A stretch of 63,849 bases of DNA, counting the filler, from Octopus bimaculoides (Eukaryota): assembly GCF_001194135.2 (NCBI RefSeq). It is 5 parts of 5 records of this genome, joined end to end, with 100 filler letters (N's around TTAATTAATTAA, not from the genome) between each part and the next. Parts side by side here need not be neighbours in the genome. Positions count along the whole stretch, not along the records: positions 26,790 to 47,743 come from NC_068987.1; positions 47,844 to 59,861 come from NC_068983.1; 3 more parts are not named here. One strand, 5' to 3'. Shown in pieces: positions 39,128 through 53,513 of this stretch; position 1 is the stretch's first letter, and every line of letters begins with the position of its first letter. Below the pieces are notes generated by a model that saw only the letters and a list, made by a program, of their open reading frames with translations, was not told the DNA's origin and did not search any database. The position numbers were made by a program, and so were the translations under genes.

Positions 39128-39510
39128 TGAGATAGAGAATAGAAAGCAAACTACATTGGATCATAGATATAGCATGCCCAGCTGACACGGTGTGAGATAA
39201 GGAAGAAAAAAAACTCGATAGATATGACAGGTTAGCTTGGGAGGTTAAGCAGTTGTGGTCAATGAAAAAGGTAGCAGTAGTACCAATAATTGTCGGAGCC
39301 CTAGGAACAGTGAGTAAAAATCTTGAGAAACACATGGAACAAACAGGAGCTGCAATAATGGTGGAGCACTTGCAGAAATTAACACTGCTTGGAACCGCTC
39401 GAACACCCCAGAAGGTGTTTGAAATATAAGAGGTGTTACCTTAGTTCACTGGTAGTGAACAGCTGACACCGTAGTACATCTTCAACGTTAGAAGCTGTGT
39501 AAAGGCAATG
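39128..39510 (+). mobile_element. R4/Dong-like RLE 3' end, second copy
   Basis: WIIDIACPADTV*DKEEKKLDRYDRLAWEVKQLWSMKKVAVVPIIVGALGTV; aligns with 32210-32570; followed by ~125 bp (AAT)n. Confidence 0.88.
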
Positions 39511-39616
<106 letters not shown>

Positions 39617-39635
39617 CAACAACAATAATAATAAA

Positions 39636-40050
39636 TTCTTTTTATTGGCCACAAGATCTAATATAAATCAAAAATATTAAAGGACAATACAGACCGATAA
39701 ACAAAGTGTTTTGCAAAAAGAAACGGTCCGTGTAAATATTTGCTGACGAAAATAATATAACAAGTAAAAACTCTCAATAGGGGGAAGTGCTTTGAAGGAT
39801 ACTCGTGGAAAAAACCCATTAAAGCCACGGGTGCCTGGTCAACAGTGAGAGAGCCCTTTCTTCCTTTTATACCTTTGTTTACAGGTGTTATCTCAGAATT
39901 GGTCCATACATACTTGTCATTTTTCCGACAAATTTCCTAGAAGATAACACTTCCCTCTCTACTCTCACCTTCCTTTTCAAGGGGAAGTTGAAAATGTTGA
40001 TGAGGCCTTGGTCAAAGAGGAAAGTATCTGACTTTAGCCCTTTGTCTGGC
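39636..40050 (-). mobile_element. Tx1/L1-like LINE 3' end
   Basis: Minus translation KGLKSDTFLFDQGLINIFNFPLKRKVRVEREVLSSRKF; 3'UTR ends gtggccAATAAAaagaatt + (att)n. Confidence 0.55.
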
Positions 40051-40072
40051 TACAGCTGCCAGACAAATGAAC

Positions 40073-40330
40073 ATTGCCTTCCCCTCCCGGTTTAAGGAGG
40101 CCGGCGGGGCAATCTTCAATATGTGTTCAGTTGATAACCAGGACTGCCCTCCTCGCGAAAGCAGTTGTTCGTTATAAACCCACAGGTCAGCAATACTCGG
40201 GCACTGGTCAAGTGTGTGCAGAACGGTTTCGTCGCTCTGAGCGCATCTCGGGCAGGCCCGGCCGACGGTTCTTCTGTGCCTGTAAAGTTTATCCCGAACA
40301 GGCAGCGCCCCTCGCTAGCATAATAGCGAT
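40073..40330 (+). other. GC-rich structured non-coding element followed by (AAT)n
   Basis: Several stems (attgcctt/ggggcaat; accag..tgccc/gggcactggt; tgcctgt/acaggca) and the motif TCCTCGC at 40150-40156. Confidence 0.4.
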
Positions 40331-40340
40331 AATAATAATG

Positions 40341-40394
<54 letters not shown>

Positions 40395-40598
40395 TGGTCT
40401 ATGTGATCTCAAATTTTAAAACAAACACATAATTTCCTTATGGTTTCTTAAACATTCACTAGAACAAAACTGTACAAATCCAAATATATGGTACCCTAGG
40501 CATAGCACCTACATGAACTTCTAACTTGTTGTCTCTTGAGGTCTCTGGGTGAGACTTGGATCCAACTTGTACTAATGCAAAACAAAAGTCAAATATAA

Positions 40599-40677
<79 letters not shown>

Positions 40678-40730
40678 GCAACCACAACTACAACAACAAC
40701 AATAGCAACAACAATATTAATCAATAATAA

Positions 40731-41210
40731 TGGAAGTGTTATGTACAAGTTTTGTATTGGTATAAAAAGATGGGCTACAATATATATGCTGCTCCATACC
40801 ACATATTTACTTTTCAGTCAATTGACCTTAACCAGTCGAGCATGTCCCTTAGTGGCTGACGATATGTGCATCTCTGATCACGAGCAGGAGTAATGGGAGA
40901 GCATCATGGTCATGTGTTGAGAGGAATTCCTTGGGATTTGAATAGTTCATCTCTGGAAACATGGGTGTTTCCTTCATCATCCTTACACAACTCTCATTCA
41001 GAGACCTGTTGAGCGGGATGAGCTACTAAACCTGAAGAAAAATTGTAACTGGGTCCCACCTGCAAGGTTATGCGCTGTTTATCTTGATATAAGGTCATTA
41101 TGTTGCACATACACTGTTGTGATGAATGCACCTGGTGTACCTTTCTCAGACGGGTAGTCATTATGGGTATACTGGACTTCGTATATTTTTACCCGATTAT
41201 CACTTTGATG
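40731..41210 (+). mobile_element. element X, 5'-truncated, preceded by (AAT)n/(AAC)n
   Basis: Aligns with 31497-31960. Confidence 0.8.
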
Positions 41211-42319
41211 TTCCCGATGGTATGAAGTGCAAATTCGACCATGGCGGAATTTGAACCTAGTGCTTCAGGAGCCAGAAGAAACGCTGTAAATCATTTTGAT
41301 GTCGCACTAACGACTCTGCCAGCTCGCCTCTCTAAAAAATAACTGTACTTAGCTTTTGGACCAGTGTGCAGAATAAACATTTATTTTTCTGCTGGTGATT
41401 TCCTTTTATTTTGTTTAAAGAACCCCTATTTTTGAGAGGACTTACCCAAATTTATTTCCATGTAGAGAGAGGAAAAACGAAGGAGAGTCATGTGACGACG
41501 AAGAGAGAGGGTGAAAGCGATTCACCTTTTGTTGCTACTGGAAAGACGACTAACACCACCACCATCAACAAACAGTAACAACCTTCCCACCGCTGCCACC
41601 ACCGCCACCATAGCCACGACCATTACGAACAAGAGCAGCAGCAACAACAACAACAACGATATTAGCTGCAAGCTTTCGATGGAGGGAGAATGAGCAGTAT
41701 AGCTGCAATGTAGATACTTTCCTTCACGTTATGAAATAGCTTGGTTACTTCTTTCGCCGCCGTGGACATAGCCACCAACGGTGGCTTCGCTTTGGCTTCG
41801 ACAAACCCTACCAACAACAGAAATAGCAACAACAACAACAACCACAACTGTGTGGCATGAGCAACTAAATTACAGGAGCAAATATCCTTGGAAGGAAAGC
41901 ATACATATGTGAGAAGAGGAAAACTTCTCAATCGAGGGAAGCGAAAACCAAGCTTGCTATCTCTTGAAATTTGATTGAAAAGACTGTCAGAAAGATCATC
42001 GTTTACAGATGTGTGTCAATAGAGATCAGAAACATTTTCAATACACTACACATCTAAGTAGAGAAAAGCATGAAGGTCCATATGGACTGATATTGATTTC
42101 CTCTCTTGAGGAATACTATATGTTTCTATGGAAGTGAGGTTCCTCACAGAGGCACTGGCCCGAAACATTCAATGGTCCAGTGTAAACACGAGGATCTTTC
42201 TTTTCACATACCTTGGGCAGCAGGTGGTAAAGATTAAAATTTCAAATGTGCCACCAGAATTAGATATTTGGTGGTTGGTCGCGTGTGTAGTTGTCAAAAG
42301 CACGAATTCGCTTTAAGAC

Positions 42320-43045
42320 ATACTCTAATACCTTAAGGAAAACTTGAGTTGGAGATTTTGATCCAAGTAAAATAGCAATCTCTGGATAAGGTCCTCGATC
42401 TCATTGAGCTGCCAAACGGAGCACAACTCCAAGTGCTGATGGAAGGTAGATGCAACATGGCAACAGAACAATGATCAGGTCTTTGACGGATCGATACGGA
42501 CGCGTGCTACTCGGTTTCGAGTAGATGTGTGTGGCTTTCCAACAACCTTCGCGCGGCTGTTGGGAAGGGTGATGAGTCGACGACGGTAACACAATTTAGT
42601 TCGCCCCTCGATGGCCTGCAGAAGCTCTCAGTGAAAGACGTCTGTTTCTGTGAAACGGCTGCTGAAATACGGGGCGCAATGAGTGATTGCACAAGTCGCA
42701 AATCGTTTGGTTTGGATGGTCTTCCCTATGAATTAATTGAGATCATGCAAGATTTGTTTGGCAGCCTCTTCCTAGACATCTACCGTAAGTGGAAGCAGAA
42801 CGAAAGAATTCCTATGTAGCTGTGGTGTGGCAACGCAGCTGGGTGGGTAAGGACACCGACAATGGGGACAAGCTTGGGAATCTTCCGTCCATAACTTTGC
42901 TTAACACAGAATTTAAGATTTTGGCCAAGGTCTTAGAGAAAATCTTGGCTCTTGCTGTCAGTAGTCTGGTGGGGAAAGCGAAAACGGGCGCAATCCCGAA
43001 CAGGTCTATGCACGACAACTTTCACCTTATTCGATGTATCGTAGT
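42320..43045 (+). mobile_element. Tx1/L1-clade RT N-terminal remnant
   Basis: KSFGLDGLPYEL..DLFG; NLPSITLLNTEFKILAKVL..LVGKAKTGAIPNRSMHDNFHLIR (cf. KSPG.DG, RPITLLN.D.KILAK, Q..FIPGRSI.DN); best supported 42640-43045. Confidence 0.85.
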
Positions 43046-43047
43046 GG

Positions 43048-43218
43048 TGCATATATCGTCACCCACTAAGGGACATGCTCGACTGGTTAAGGTCAAGTAA
43101 CTGACAAGCAAATCTGTGGTATTAAACAGAATAATTGCTGTAGCCCATCTTTTATGTCCAGACAAAACAATGTACATGATAACACTTCCAAACCGTTAAG
43201 ATCAGAAACCATGAGAGA
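43048..43218 (-). mobile_element. element X fragment (5' part)
   Basis: Reverse complement of ~31470-31640; abuts degenerate (ATT)n. Confidence 0.75.
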
Positions 43219-44012
43219 TATATTATGATAATTATTATTTGCACCACATGCCACAGATACGTACATTATAAGGCCAGTTTATAATTTGTGTGTGGATTTA
43301 CATAAAATATACTTTTGTGGAGGAGAAACGAAGCTGTGTGGGAAATGAGATAAAAGTGCATGTTGTATACATAGAGTATACCAAGCATGTGAATATATAT
43401 ATGATATTAATCCTTCTGGTATGAAATAACTTCATGGAACCCTACAGATACTCAAGATGTTGCATCGTGTACGAGATAACATCGGTTGTGATTTATATGA
43501 AGTAAAGAAGCAAAAGACAGCAATGAATTTTTTAAAAACGCCCACGTATAAATATGTAATTATAATGAAATGCACTCACAAAGCTAGAATATTTGGTTTA
43601 GTGTATAATGGAAAAAATAAAACAAAGAAATTCTGCCTTTAGTTGACTGAAATGGGATTAGAAATCAGATCGTTGTGGGGGTGGAAATTAATGCGACGGT
43701 CCAAGTGCTTTGCTGATAGCACCAACTAACCTACATTTGGAACGACAATCAATAATGATTTATTTGGTCGGCAAAGTCTACGAATTAATTCGGACGTTGT
43801 ACTGTCGATTGACACAATATTTTAGTACATTACTGATACTTGGTTTAATGACAATGTTATTGTAACTTAAAAATTATAGGGGCAATCAACGAAACATGAA
43901 AAGTTACGGCCATCGTTAAAATAATTACAGCGTAACCTATCTTTCTTTACACAGCAGTAATCACAATAGTAATTCAGTTAGTATCATAATCATCATTATT
44001 ATTGTATCCAAT

Positions 44013-44219
44013 TAAGGCGGCGAACTGGCAGAAACGTTAGCACACCGGGCGAAATGCTTTGCGGTATTTCGTCTGCGGCTACGTTCTGGGTCCAAATTCT
44101 GCCGTGGTCGACTTTGCTTTTCATCCTTTCTGGGTCGATAAATTAAAATACCAGTTGCTAATCGACTGGCTCCTCCCCACAAAATTTCGGGCCTTGTGCC
44201 TAGAGTAGAAAAGATTATT
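44013..44219 (+). mobile_element. SINE family D, tail a
   Basis: taaggcggcgaactggcagaaacg...gtagaaaagattatt; a further partial copy lies at 45122-45262 with an (ATT)n tail. Confidence 0.85.
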
Positions 44220-44739
44220 GGATACGATTATCAGCCGNNNNNNNNNNNNNNNNNNNNNNNNNNNNNNNNNNNNNNNNNNNNNNNNNNNNNNNNNNNNNNN
44301 NNNNNNNNNNNNNNNNNNNNNNNNNNNNNNNNNNNNNNNNNNNNNNNNNNNNNNNNNNNNNNNNNNNNNNNNNNNNNNNNNNNNNNNNNNNNNNNNNNNN
44401 NNNNNNNNNNNNNNNNNNNNNNNNNNNNNNNNNNNNNNNNNNNNNNNNNNNNNNNNNNNNNNNNNNNNNNNNNNNNNNNNNNNNNNNNNNNNNNNNNNNN
44501 NNNNNNNNNNNNNNNNNNNNNNNNNNNNNNNNNNNNNNNNNNNNNNNNNNNNNNNNNNNNNNNNNNNNNNNNNNNNNNNNNNNNNNNNNNNNNNNNNNNN
44601 NNNNNNNNNNNNNNNNNNNNNNNNNNNNNNNNNNNNNNNNNNNNNNNNNNNNNNNNNNNNNNNNNNNNNNNNNNNNNNNNNNNNNNNNNNNNNNNNNNNN
44701 NNNNNNNNNNNNNNNNNNNNNNNNNNNNNNNNNNNNNNN

Positions 44740-45101
44740 GCCCAGTTAGAATTTTCTTCTGGTCGAGGAGCCCATCCCGCTCAAAAGGTCCCGGAATAAG
44801 GATTGTTTAAGGATGTTCAGCAAAATACCCATGTTTCCAAAGGTGAATTATCCAAACACCAAAGAATTCCTCTTAACACATGGCTACTTCTGCTCATGAT
44901 CAGAGATGCATGTATCGTCAACCACTAAGGTGTATGCTTAACTGGTTATGGTGATGCAACTAAAAAGCAGATCTATGGTATTGAGCAGAATATTTGCTGT
45001 AGTCCATCTTTTATTCCCAGACCAAACAATGTACATGATAACACTTCCAGTTAGTTACGATCAGAAGCCATGAGAGCCACTGCCTGGTACTGCATCAGAG
45101 C
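44740..45101 (-). mobile_element. element X (3' part lost in gap)
   Basis: Reverse complement of ~31443-31830. Confidence 0.8.
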
Positions 45102-45286
45102 TAAATTAACAGAAAAATTAGCTCACCGGGCGAAATTTCAAATTCCGCTGTATTTCATTCTCTCAGGGTCGATAAATTAAGCACCAATTGCGTACTTGGG
45201 TCGATCTTATTGACTTTTCCCGTCGCCCAAAATTTCGGGCCGTGTGCCTACAGAAGAAAAGATTATTATTATTATTATCATTATTA

Positions 45287-45348
<62 letters not shown>

Positions 45349-45457
45349 GACGTTGTACTTATTTTGTTATATTTGTTGTTGTTGCTCTTATGACTGTTTT
45401 AAAATTTTAATTGTAGCATGAGAGTTAAAAGATTACGATAGGACGAAATATGCGTCA

Positions 45458-45516
<59 letters not shown>

Positions 45517-45537
45517 TTATTTATCTATCTAGCAGCC

Positions 45538-45568
<31 letters not shown>

Positions 45569-46810
45569 ATCTATTTTTCTGTCACTCACTCTCTTATTCT
45601 GTCTCTGTCTCTCTCTGAGTATATATATATATATGTGTGTGCGAGTGTGTATGTGTGTGTATGTGTGTATATATATGCATAAGTACATACATGCATATGC
45701 ATATATGTGTATGTGTATATAAACATATGTATGCACACATAAGAGAATGCAAACATACACATGCATACACACACATATGCTCACACACACGCATACACAC
45801 CCAGGCTGGCAGGGAAAGAGAAAGAAAGTGACTGAGATTCCGGGCGTGAGTGGAGAGAGAGAAAGAAAAAAGATGATGGAGGGAATAAGAGGGAGGAGAC
45901 GATAGAATAATATTTAGTGAGATGATGTGTATGTGGGTACATGAGAAAGAGATAGAGAATGAGAGAGTAGTAAAGAGAGAGAAATAGAAAGAGAGAGAGA
46001 GAGGGCGGAGAGTGACTGAGAGTGGGAGGGAAAGTGCGCTGAGATAAGTTGCCAACTCCATAACGGAAACAGAATTTGTTCACCATTTTGAAATCCAACA
46101 TTGTGTGTGATGAGTCACTGTCCCTTGAGATAAAGGGGACAGTTGGGGTGTTGGTTTATTGAACGGACAAACGATGTGTTATGGTTGGCAAGGAGGAGGA
46201 AACGTTGGAGAAAGGTAGGTGTGTATAAGGTGAGGCATGAGGTACGTGAAGTGGAAATTTTGTGGTGTGGGCGCGTATTTGTACGTGTGTGTGTTTGTTT
46301 GTGTGTGTAGGAGTATACATCATCTTAGCGAGTGTATTTATGCGCATGAAAATGAATATAAGTTTGTGTTATGCCTAAGTGTTAGTGATATATATNNNNN
46401 NNNNNNNNNNNNNNNNNNNNNNNNNNNNNNNNNNNNNNNNNNNNNNNNNNNNNNNNNNNNNNNNNNNNNNNNNNNNNNNNNNNNNNNNNNNNNNNNNNNN
46501 NNNNNNNNNNNNNNNNNNNNNNNNNNNNNNNNNNNNNNNNNNNNNNNNNNNNNNNNNNNNNNNNNNNNNNNNNNNNNNNNNNNNNNNNNNNNNNNNNNNN
46601 NNNNNNNNNNNNNNNNNNNNNNNNNNNNNNNNNNNNNNNNNNNNNNNNNNNNNNNNNNNNNNNNNNNNNNNNNNNNNNNNNNNNNNNNNNNNNNNNNNNN
46701 NNNNNNNNNNNNNNNNNNNNNNNNNNNNNNNNNNNNNNNNNNNNNNNNNNNNNNNNNNNNNNNNNNNNNNNNNNNNNNNNNNNNNNNNNNNNNNNNNNNN
46801 NNNNNNNNTG

Positions 46811-46850
<40 letters not shown>

Positions 46851-47167
46851 TATATATATATACATACACATACACGTACATGCACATATACACACGCGCA
46901 CGTGCGCGTGCTAGCACATTCTAATAACCATGCACGCATAATACGTGTGTTTGTTCGTGTACACGTGTGCGTGTGAGATGGAAAAAGTGCTGCAGAGGAG
47001 TGGCTAGTTATGGTCAGCTGCCAGCAGATCCGGTCGATGTGTGCATGCTACACTGTCAATCTCCACGATACTTCCTGTATATAGGTATATAATATAATAT
47101 AATGTTATAATATAATATACTATAATATAATATAATGTAATGTAATATAATATAATATCATTATATA

Positions 47168-47552
47168 TGGCTGTGTCGTAAGTAGCTTGCTTACCAACCA
47201 CATGGATCTGGGTTCAGTCACACTGCGTGGCACCTTGGCCAACTGTCTTCTACTATAACCTCGGGACAACCAAAACCTTTTGAGTGGATTTGATAGACAG
47301 ATACTGAAAGAAGGCCGTCGTGTCTATCTATTTATCTACCTATATGTGTGTTTGAGTGTGTGTGTGTGTGTGTGTGTGTGGTTGTGTTTCTGTGTTTGGC
47401 CTCCACTATCGCTTGACAACCGATGCTGGTGTGTTTACGTCCCCGTAATCTAGCTGTTTGATAAAATATACCGATAAAGCTAGTATTAGGTTTACAAAGT
47501 ATAAGTCCTGGGGGCGATTTTTTCATCTCAAGGGGGTGCTCCATCATGGCTT
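47168..47552 (+). mobile_element. composite SINE family E: head/core + internal (TG)n + tail
   Basis: Joins the E head seen at 20658 to the tail seen at 53-249. Confidence 0.85.
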
Positions 47553-47554
47553 CA

Positions 47555-47700
47555 ACACATTATTTACATTTGACGGATATTTGTCCTCATCTTTTTTGTT
47601 GTTAACATAACATTTCGGTTGATATACACTTCAGCCTTCATCAGGTGTCTTGCGGAAATTTCGCACCTGGGTTCTCATTCCTAAAGTATTTTTCGATGTT
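47555..47700 (-). mobile_element. Penelope-like non-autonomous remnant carrying a minimal hammerhead motif
   Basis: Second copy of 8800-8954; intact CTGATGA...GAAA core. Confidence 0.6.
47604..47649 (-). ncRNA. minimal type I hammerhead ribozyme motif (probably decayed)
   Basis: GACAC-CTGATGA-A-GGCTG aagtgtatat CAACC-GAAA-T-GT-T-ATGTT. Confidence 0.55.
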
Positions 47701-47701
47701 A

Positions 47702-47743
<42 letters not shown>

Positions 47744-47843
47744 NNNNNNNNNNNNNNNNNNNNNNNNNNNNNNNNNNNNNNNNNNNNTTAATTAATTAAN
47801 NNNNNNNNNNNNNNNNNNNNNNNNNNNNNNNNNNNNNNNNNNN

Positions 47844-49615
47844 TCGTGGCGTCTCTTATATTCTTTCTAGTCTAGTGGCGTATATTGGCTGGTAATATTC
47901 CATACGGTTTCACCGTTTTGTCCACAGATTCTGCACTTATCACTTTCTGCTGTGTTGTCTGCAGTTTGTTCTTAGTGCTTGCTCTTGGGCAGCACAGATT
48001 AGAGTCTCCGTTTCCGGTTTTAAATCACTTTTAATCATCCACAGCCATCTTTTTTCTCTGTCTTATCTTCAACATCCCTATGAAATTGACCATGCATTCT
48101 TTTCTTTACCCACCTATTTTCAGTTTCATTCGTTTTCAATTTCTTGTACAGTGCTTTATCTTTGCAGTCTTTTATCCAACACATGCCTGACCTTCTTACT
48201 TCTAATAATTGCAGTTCTGTGGCATTTTTTACATACCATGCTATGTTGTTATCTTCTGCTTCAATGCTGTGTTCGCATCCAATAAGTCCTCTTTCCCCCT
48301 CTTTTTCTTGGTACATACAGTCTGTCTGTGTCACTTTTTGGGTGGAGTGACCCATATCTAGTTAACAACTTCCTTGTCTTTCTGTCTAAGCTGTTTAGTT
48401 CGTCTACTCTCCATGCAATTACCCCTGCTCCATATCTAAGGAGTGAAACCGCCCAGGTGTTGATAGCTTCGACCTTATTCTGTCCATTTTATTTTGACTT
48501 AAGGATTAATCTCAGTCTGCGCAAGTACTTCACCTTAAATTTTTCTGTCATTTCTCTCTCCATCAATTTATCCATTTCCAAAATCCCCAAGTACTTATAG
48601 CCCATCTCTTCTATTCGTTTCATAACCTCCTCCAACGGTATCATTAACCTGTCCATACATTTGACTTTGCCTCTCTTCAAAACTAACACACCACACTTTC
48701 TCAGTCCGAACTCCATTCTGATATCAGCACTGAAGGTATACACCATATCAACGAGGGAACTGACTTAGGCTTCATCTTTATCATAAAGTTTGATGTCATC
48801 CATGAATAACAAATGGTTGACTTTTTGCTGGCAGCTTTTGAATATATACCCAGCTTTTGCCTTCCTCAGAATCAGTGTTAGTAGTATCAAGCACAGTACA
48901 AAGATCAGTGGAGACAGGCAGTCCCCTTGGAAGATGTCCCCTCCTAATTTCTACTGTCCCTAAACGTCTTCTGTATGCTGCCAGGTCCGTCCTCTAATTC
49001 GCCATACTTTTTCCAAGCAATTGCTCAACATTCGATGCAATACCAAATAGGTTCATACACTTCTATAATCCAAGAATGTGGGATCATATCGTATGCCTTA
49101 CGATAGTCGATCCATGACATGGCTAAGTTACTTTTCCTCCTCTTGCAGTCTCTAAGTACAGTTTTGTCTATCAGGAGTTGATCCTTGGTTCCTCTGCACT
49201 TACGCTTGCAACCCTTCTTCTCATATGGCAGGACTTCATTTTCCCCCAGATGTTCGTACATTGACTCTGCGAGTATTCCAGTCAATAATTTCCACATAAG
49301 TCACAAACTGGATATCGGCCTGTAATTGTCTACTGTATTGTCTTTTTCGATGTTTTTCAAGCACAACACTGTCCCACCCAATGTCAACCACTCTGGTGTT
49401 ACTTGGTCGGCATCTAACAAGGTGTTGAGTTGCACAGACTACTGTTTGCTTCAGTTCTTGCAACCATTCAGCATCCTTCTTGTGCTCCTTGTTTTTGCTC
49501 CAGATGTCACTTTGACTTTCAATGTTATCTGGTATCAATTTTTCCTCTATACACTCTCCATGGTATTTTGGATGGTGGTGTTCCTCTATTATATTTAGAG
49601 ATCTTCCTGTGTCAG
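47844..49615 (-). mobile_element. R4/Dong-clade retrotransposon, RT to CCHC region, decayed
   Basis: [106 protein letters not shown]; many stops, frameshifts and deletions. Confidence 0.93.
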
Positions 49616-49786
49616 GAGGATCCCATCACTATAACATTTTCCACCCCACTTAGTGTTATATACTATGTATACTTCTTTTTTTTTTAATGTATACTACATA
49701 TATACTTATCCTTTTTTTAGCATTCCGTTATATGTTTGTCTTTGTATTGTCACCCTCATCCTTAATCCTAGTGAGAAATAAAAGAA

Positions 49787-49927
49787 ATCATTATCATCAT
49801 CATCATCATCAACAACATCATCATCATCATCATCATCAACATCATCATCATCATCATCATCAACATCATCATCATCATCATCATCAACATCATCATCATC
49901 ATCATCATCAACATCATCATCATCACA
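49787..49927. repeat. (CAT)n with 24-nt higher-order unit (CAT)7CAA
   Basis: Translates as repeated HHHHHHHQ; direct reading. Confidence 0.9.
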
Positions 49928-50353
49928 TGCATGCAGGAACAAAGACTAATAACAGCAAAAAAAAAGATATTCTCAGTTAAAAATCATTGGCTAAAATACT
50001 GGTTTCAGGATGTATTACAATTTGTATGAGTTACCAGTGAAAATCCCAGTGTTACGATGAATGTATAAAGAAACCAGTTTCAGAGCTGGGAGTGATTCGT
50101 TTCTTTGTTTGTTTCTTTTTCTCTCAGTTAACTGTCTTTCTATTTTCTATTCTCTCATCTAGTATGCTATAATAAATTTTATAGCCACCAAAACAACTCT
50201 GGTAATTAGTAGATTTAAACACAAGACAATTTAAAAAGTAATACAAAAGAAAAGCTGAAAGATGCCTGCCAATATACATATATATATATATATATATAAA
50301 ATAATATAAATAATATATGTATATGCATACATGCATACATATATGTACACACA

Positions 50354-51841
50354 TCGTCGTCGTCGTCGTCGTCGTTTAACGTCCGCTTTCCATGCTAGCA
50401 TGGGTTGGACGATTTGACTGAGGACTGGTGAAACCAGATGGCTACACCAGGCTCCAATCTGATTTGGCAGAGTTTCTACAGCTGGATGCCCTTCCTAACG
50501 CCAACCACTCAGAGAGTGTAGTGGGTGCTTTTACGTGTCACCCGCACGAAGGCCAGTCAGGCGGTACTGGCAACGGCCACGCTCAAAATGGTGCATTTCA
50601 TGTGCCACCCGCACAAAAANNNNNNNNNNNNNNNNNNNNNNNNNNNNNNNNNNNNNNNNNNNNNNNNNNNNNNNNNNNNNNNNNNNNNNNNNNNNNNNNN
50701 NNNNNNNNNNNNNNNNNNNNNNNNNNNNNNNNNNNNNNNNNNNNNNNNNNNNNNNNNNNNNNNNNNNNNNNNNNNNNNNNNNNNNNNNNNNNNNNNNNNN
50801 NNNNNNNNNNNNNCACCTGCACAAGAGCCAGTCCAGGGGCACTGGCAACGATCTCACTCGAAAGATTTCATGTGTCACCTGCACAAGAGCCAGTCCAGGG
50901 GCACTGGCAACGATCTCACTCGAAAGATTTCATGTGTCGCACGCACATGAGCCAGGCCAGGGGAACCAGCAACGATCTCGCTCGAAAATCCTACAGTGGC
51001 ACAAGAGCCAGTCCAGGGGCACTGGCAACGGTCTTGCTCGAAAAAATTCTTGTGTCACCCGCACAAGAGACAGTCCAGGGGCACTGGCAACGATCTCACT
51101 CGAAAGATTTCATGTGTCGCCCGCACATGAGCCAGTCTAGCGGCACCGGCAACGATCTCGGTCGAAAGATTTCATGTGTCGCCCGCACATGAGCCAGTCC
51201 AGGGGAACCAGCAACGATCTCGCTCGAAAGTCCTACAACGGCCCCGCACAAGAACCAGTCCAGGGGCACTGGCAACGATCTCATTCGAAAAGTTTTTCAT
51301 GTGTCACCCACACAAGAGCCAGTCCAGGGAGCACTGACAACGGCCACGCCCAAAATGGCGCATTTCATTTCATGTGTCACCCGCACATGAGCCAGTCCAG
51401 GGGCACCGGTAACGATCCCACTCGAAGGTCCATATACATGCTGCGGGCACAGGTGCCATCATGATTTCGATTTCGCTTGCCCCAATAAGTCTTCGCAAGC
51501 TGAGTTTTATGTCCAATGAAAGAGACGGCGTTGGCATGGGTGCCAGTCGTCGAATTTAACTCGATTTCGATTTCACTTGCCTCAACAGGTCTTCGCAAGT
51601 GGGGTTTAGTTTCCAGTTTAATTGGATTTCGATTTCACTTGCCTCCACAGGTCTTCGCAAGTGGAGTTTAGTGTCCAATGAAGGAAGGTACGCGTAAGTG
51701 GACTGGCTGAGGCCATATATTTAGGTCTCACTTGGCTTGCCGGGTCTTCTTACGCACAGCATATTTCCAAAGGTCTCGGTCAGAAGTCATCGCCTCAGTG
51801 AGGCCCAATGCACGAAGGTCGTGCCTCACCACCTCATCCCA
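50354..51841 (-). mobile_element. 5'-truncated RTE LINE: last 37 codons, ~1.37 kb 3'UTR with minisatellites, (ACG)n tail
   Basis: 51841-51728 reads WDEVVRHDLRALGLTEAMTSDRDLWKYAVRKKTRQAK*; 3' end aacccatgctagcatggaaagcggacgttaa(acg)n; ~60 bp tandem units at 50530-51430. Confidence 0.85.
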
Positions 51842-52104
51842 GTATTAGGGGGCCCTCGGGCATAACTGTTCGCTGGGTTCCTTAGCGTTGATATCAAAGA
51901 GAGCTAACATGTAGAGTGCAGGCCCCTCAGAGCTCCAGGGTCCCAGGCAGTGCTCGATTGACTGATGGCTCAGTCTGCCCTGATGAGCATAATGATTATG
52001 TGAATGAATTTAGTAATAACGGAGATGAGTAGTAGCCATCATATGGATGGCAGTAATGACAATGAAGGTGGGTGTCGTGAGAGTGTGTATGAACGAGTTA
52101 ATTA

Positions 52105-53513
<1,409 letters not shown>

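Noticed and set aside
41662-41931. Signal-peptide-like minus ORF (LWLLLLLLFLLLVGFVEAKAKP)
   Set aside because: The hydrophobic run is an (AAC)n microsatellite; no in-frame ATG nearby and only weak splice sites
50417-50445. CTGAGGA CTGGTGAAACCAG in the RTE 3'UTR
   Set aside because: GAAA lies in the hairpin loop rather than after stem II, so the topology is not a hammerhead
50530-51430. Regular ~60 bp repeats superficially like a CRISPR array
   Set aside because: No unique spacers and no cas genes; lies within an RTE 3'UTR in a eukaryote
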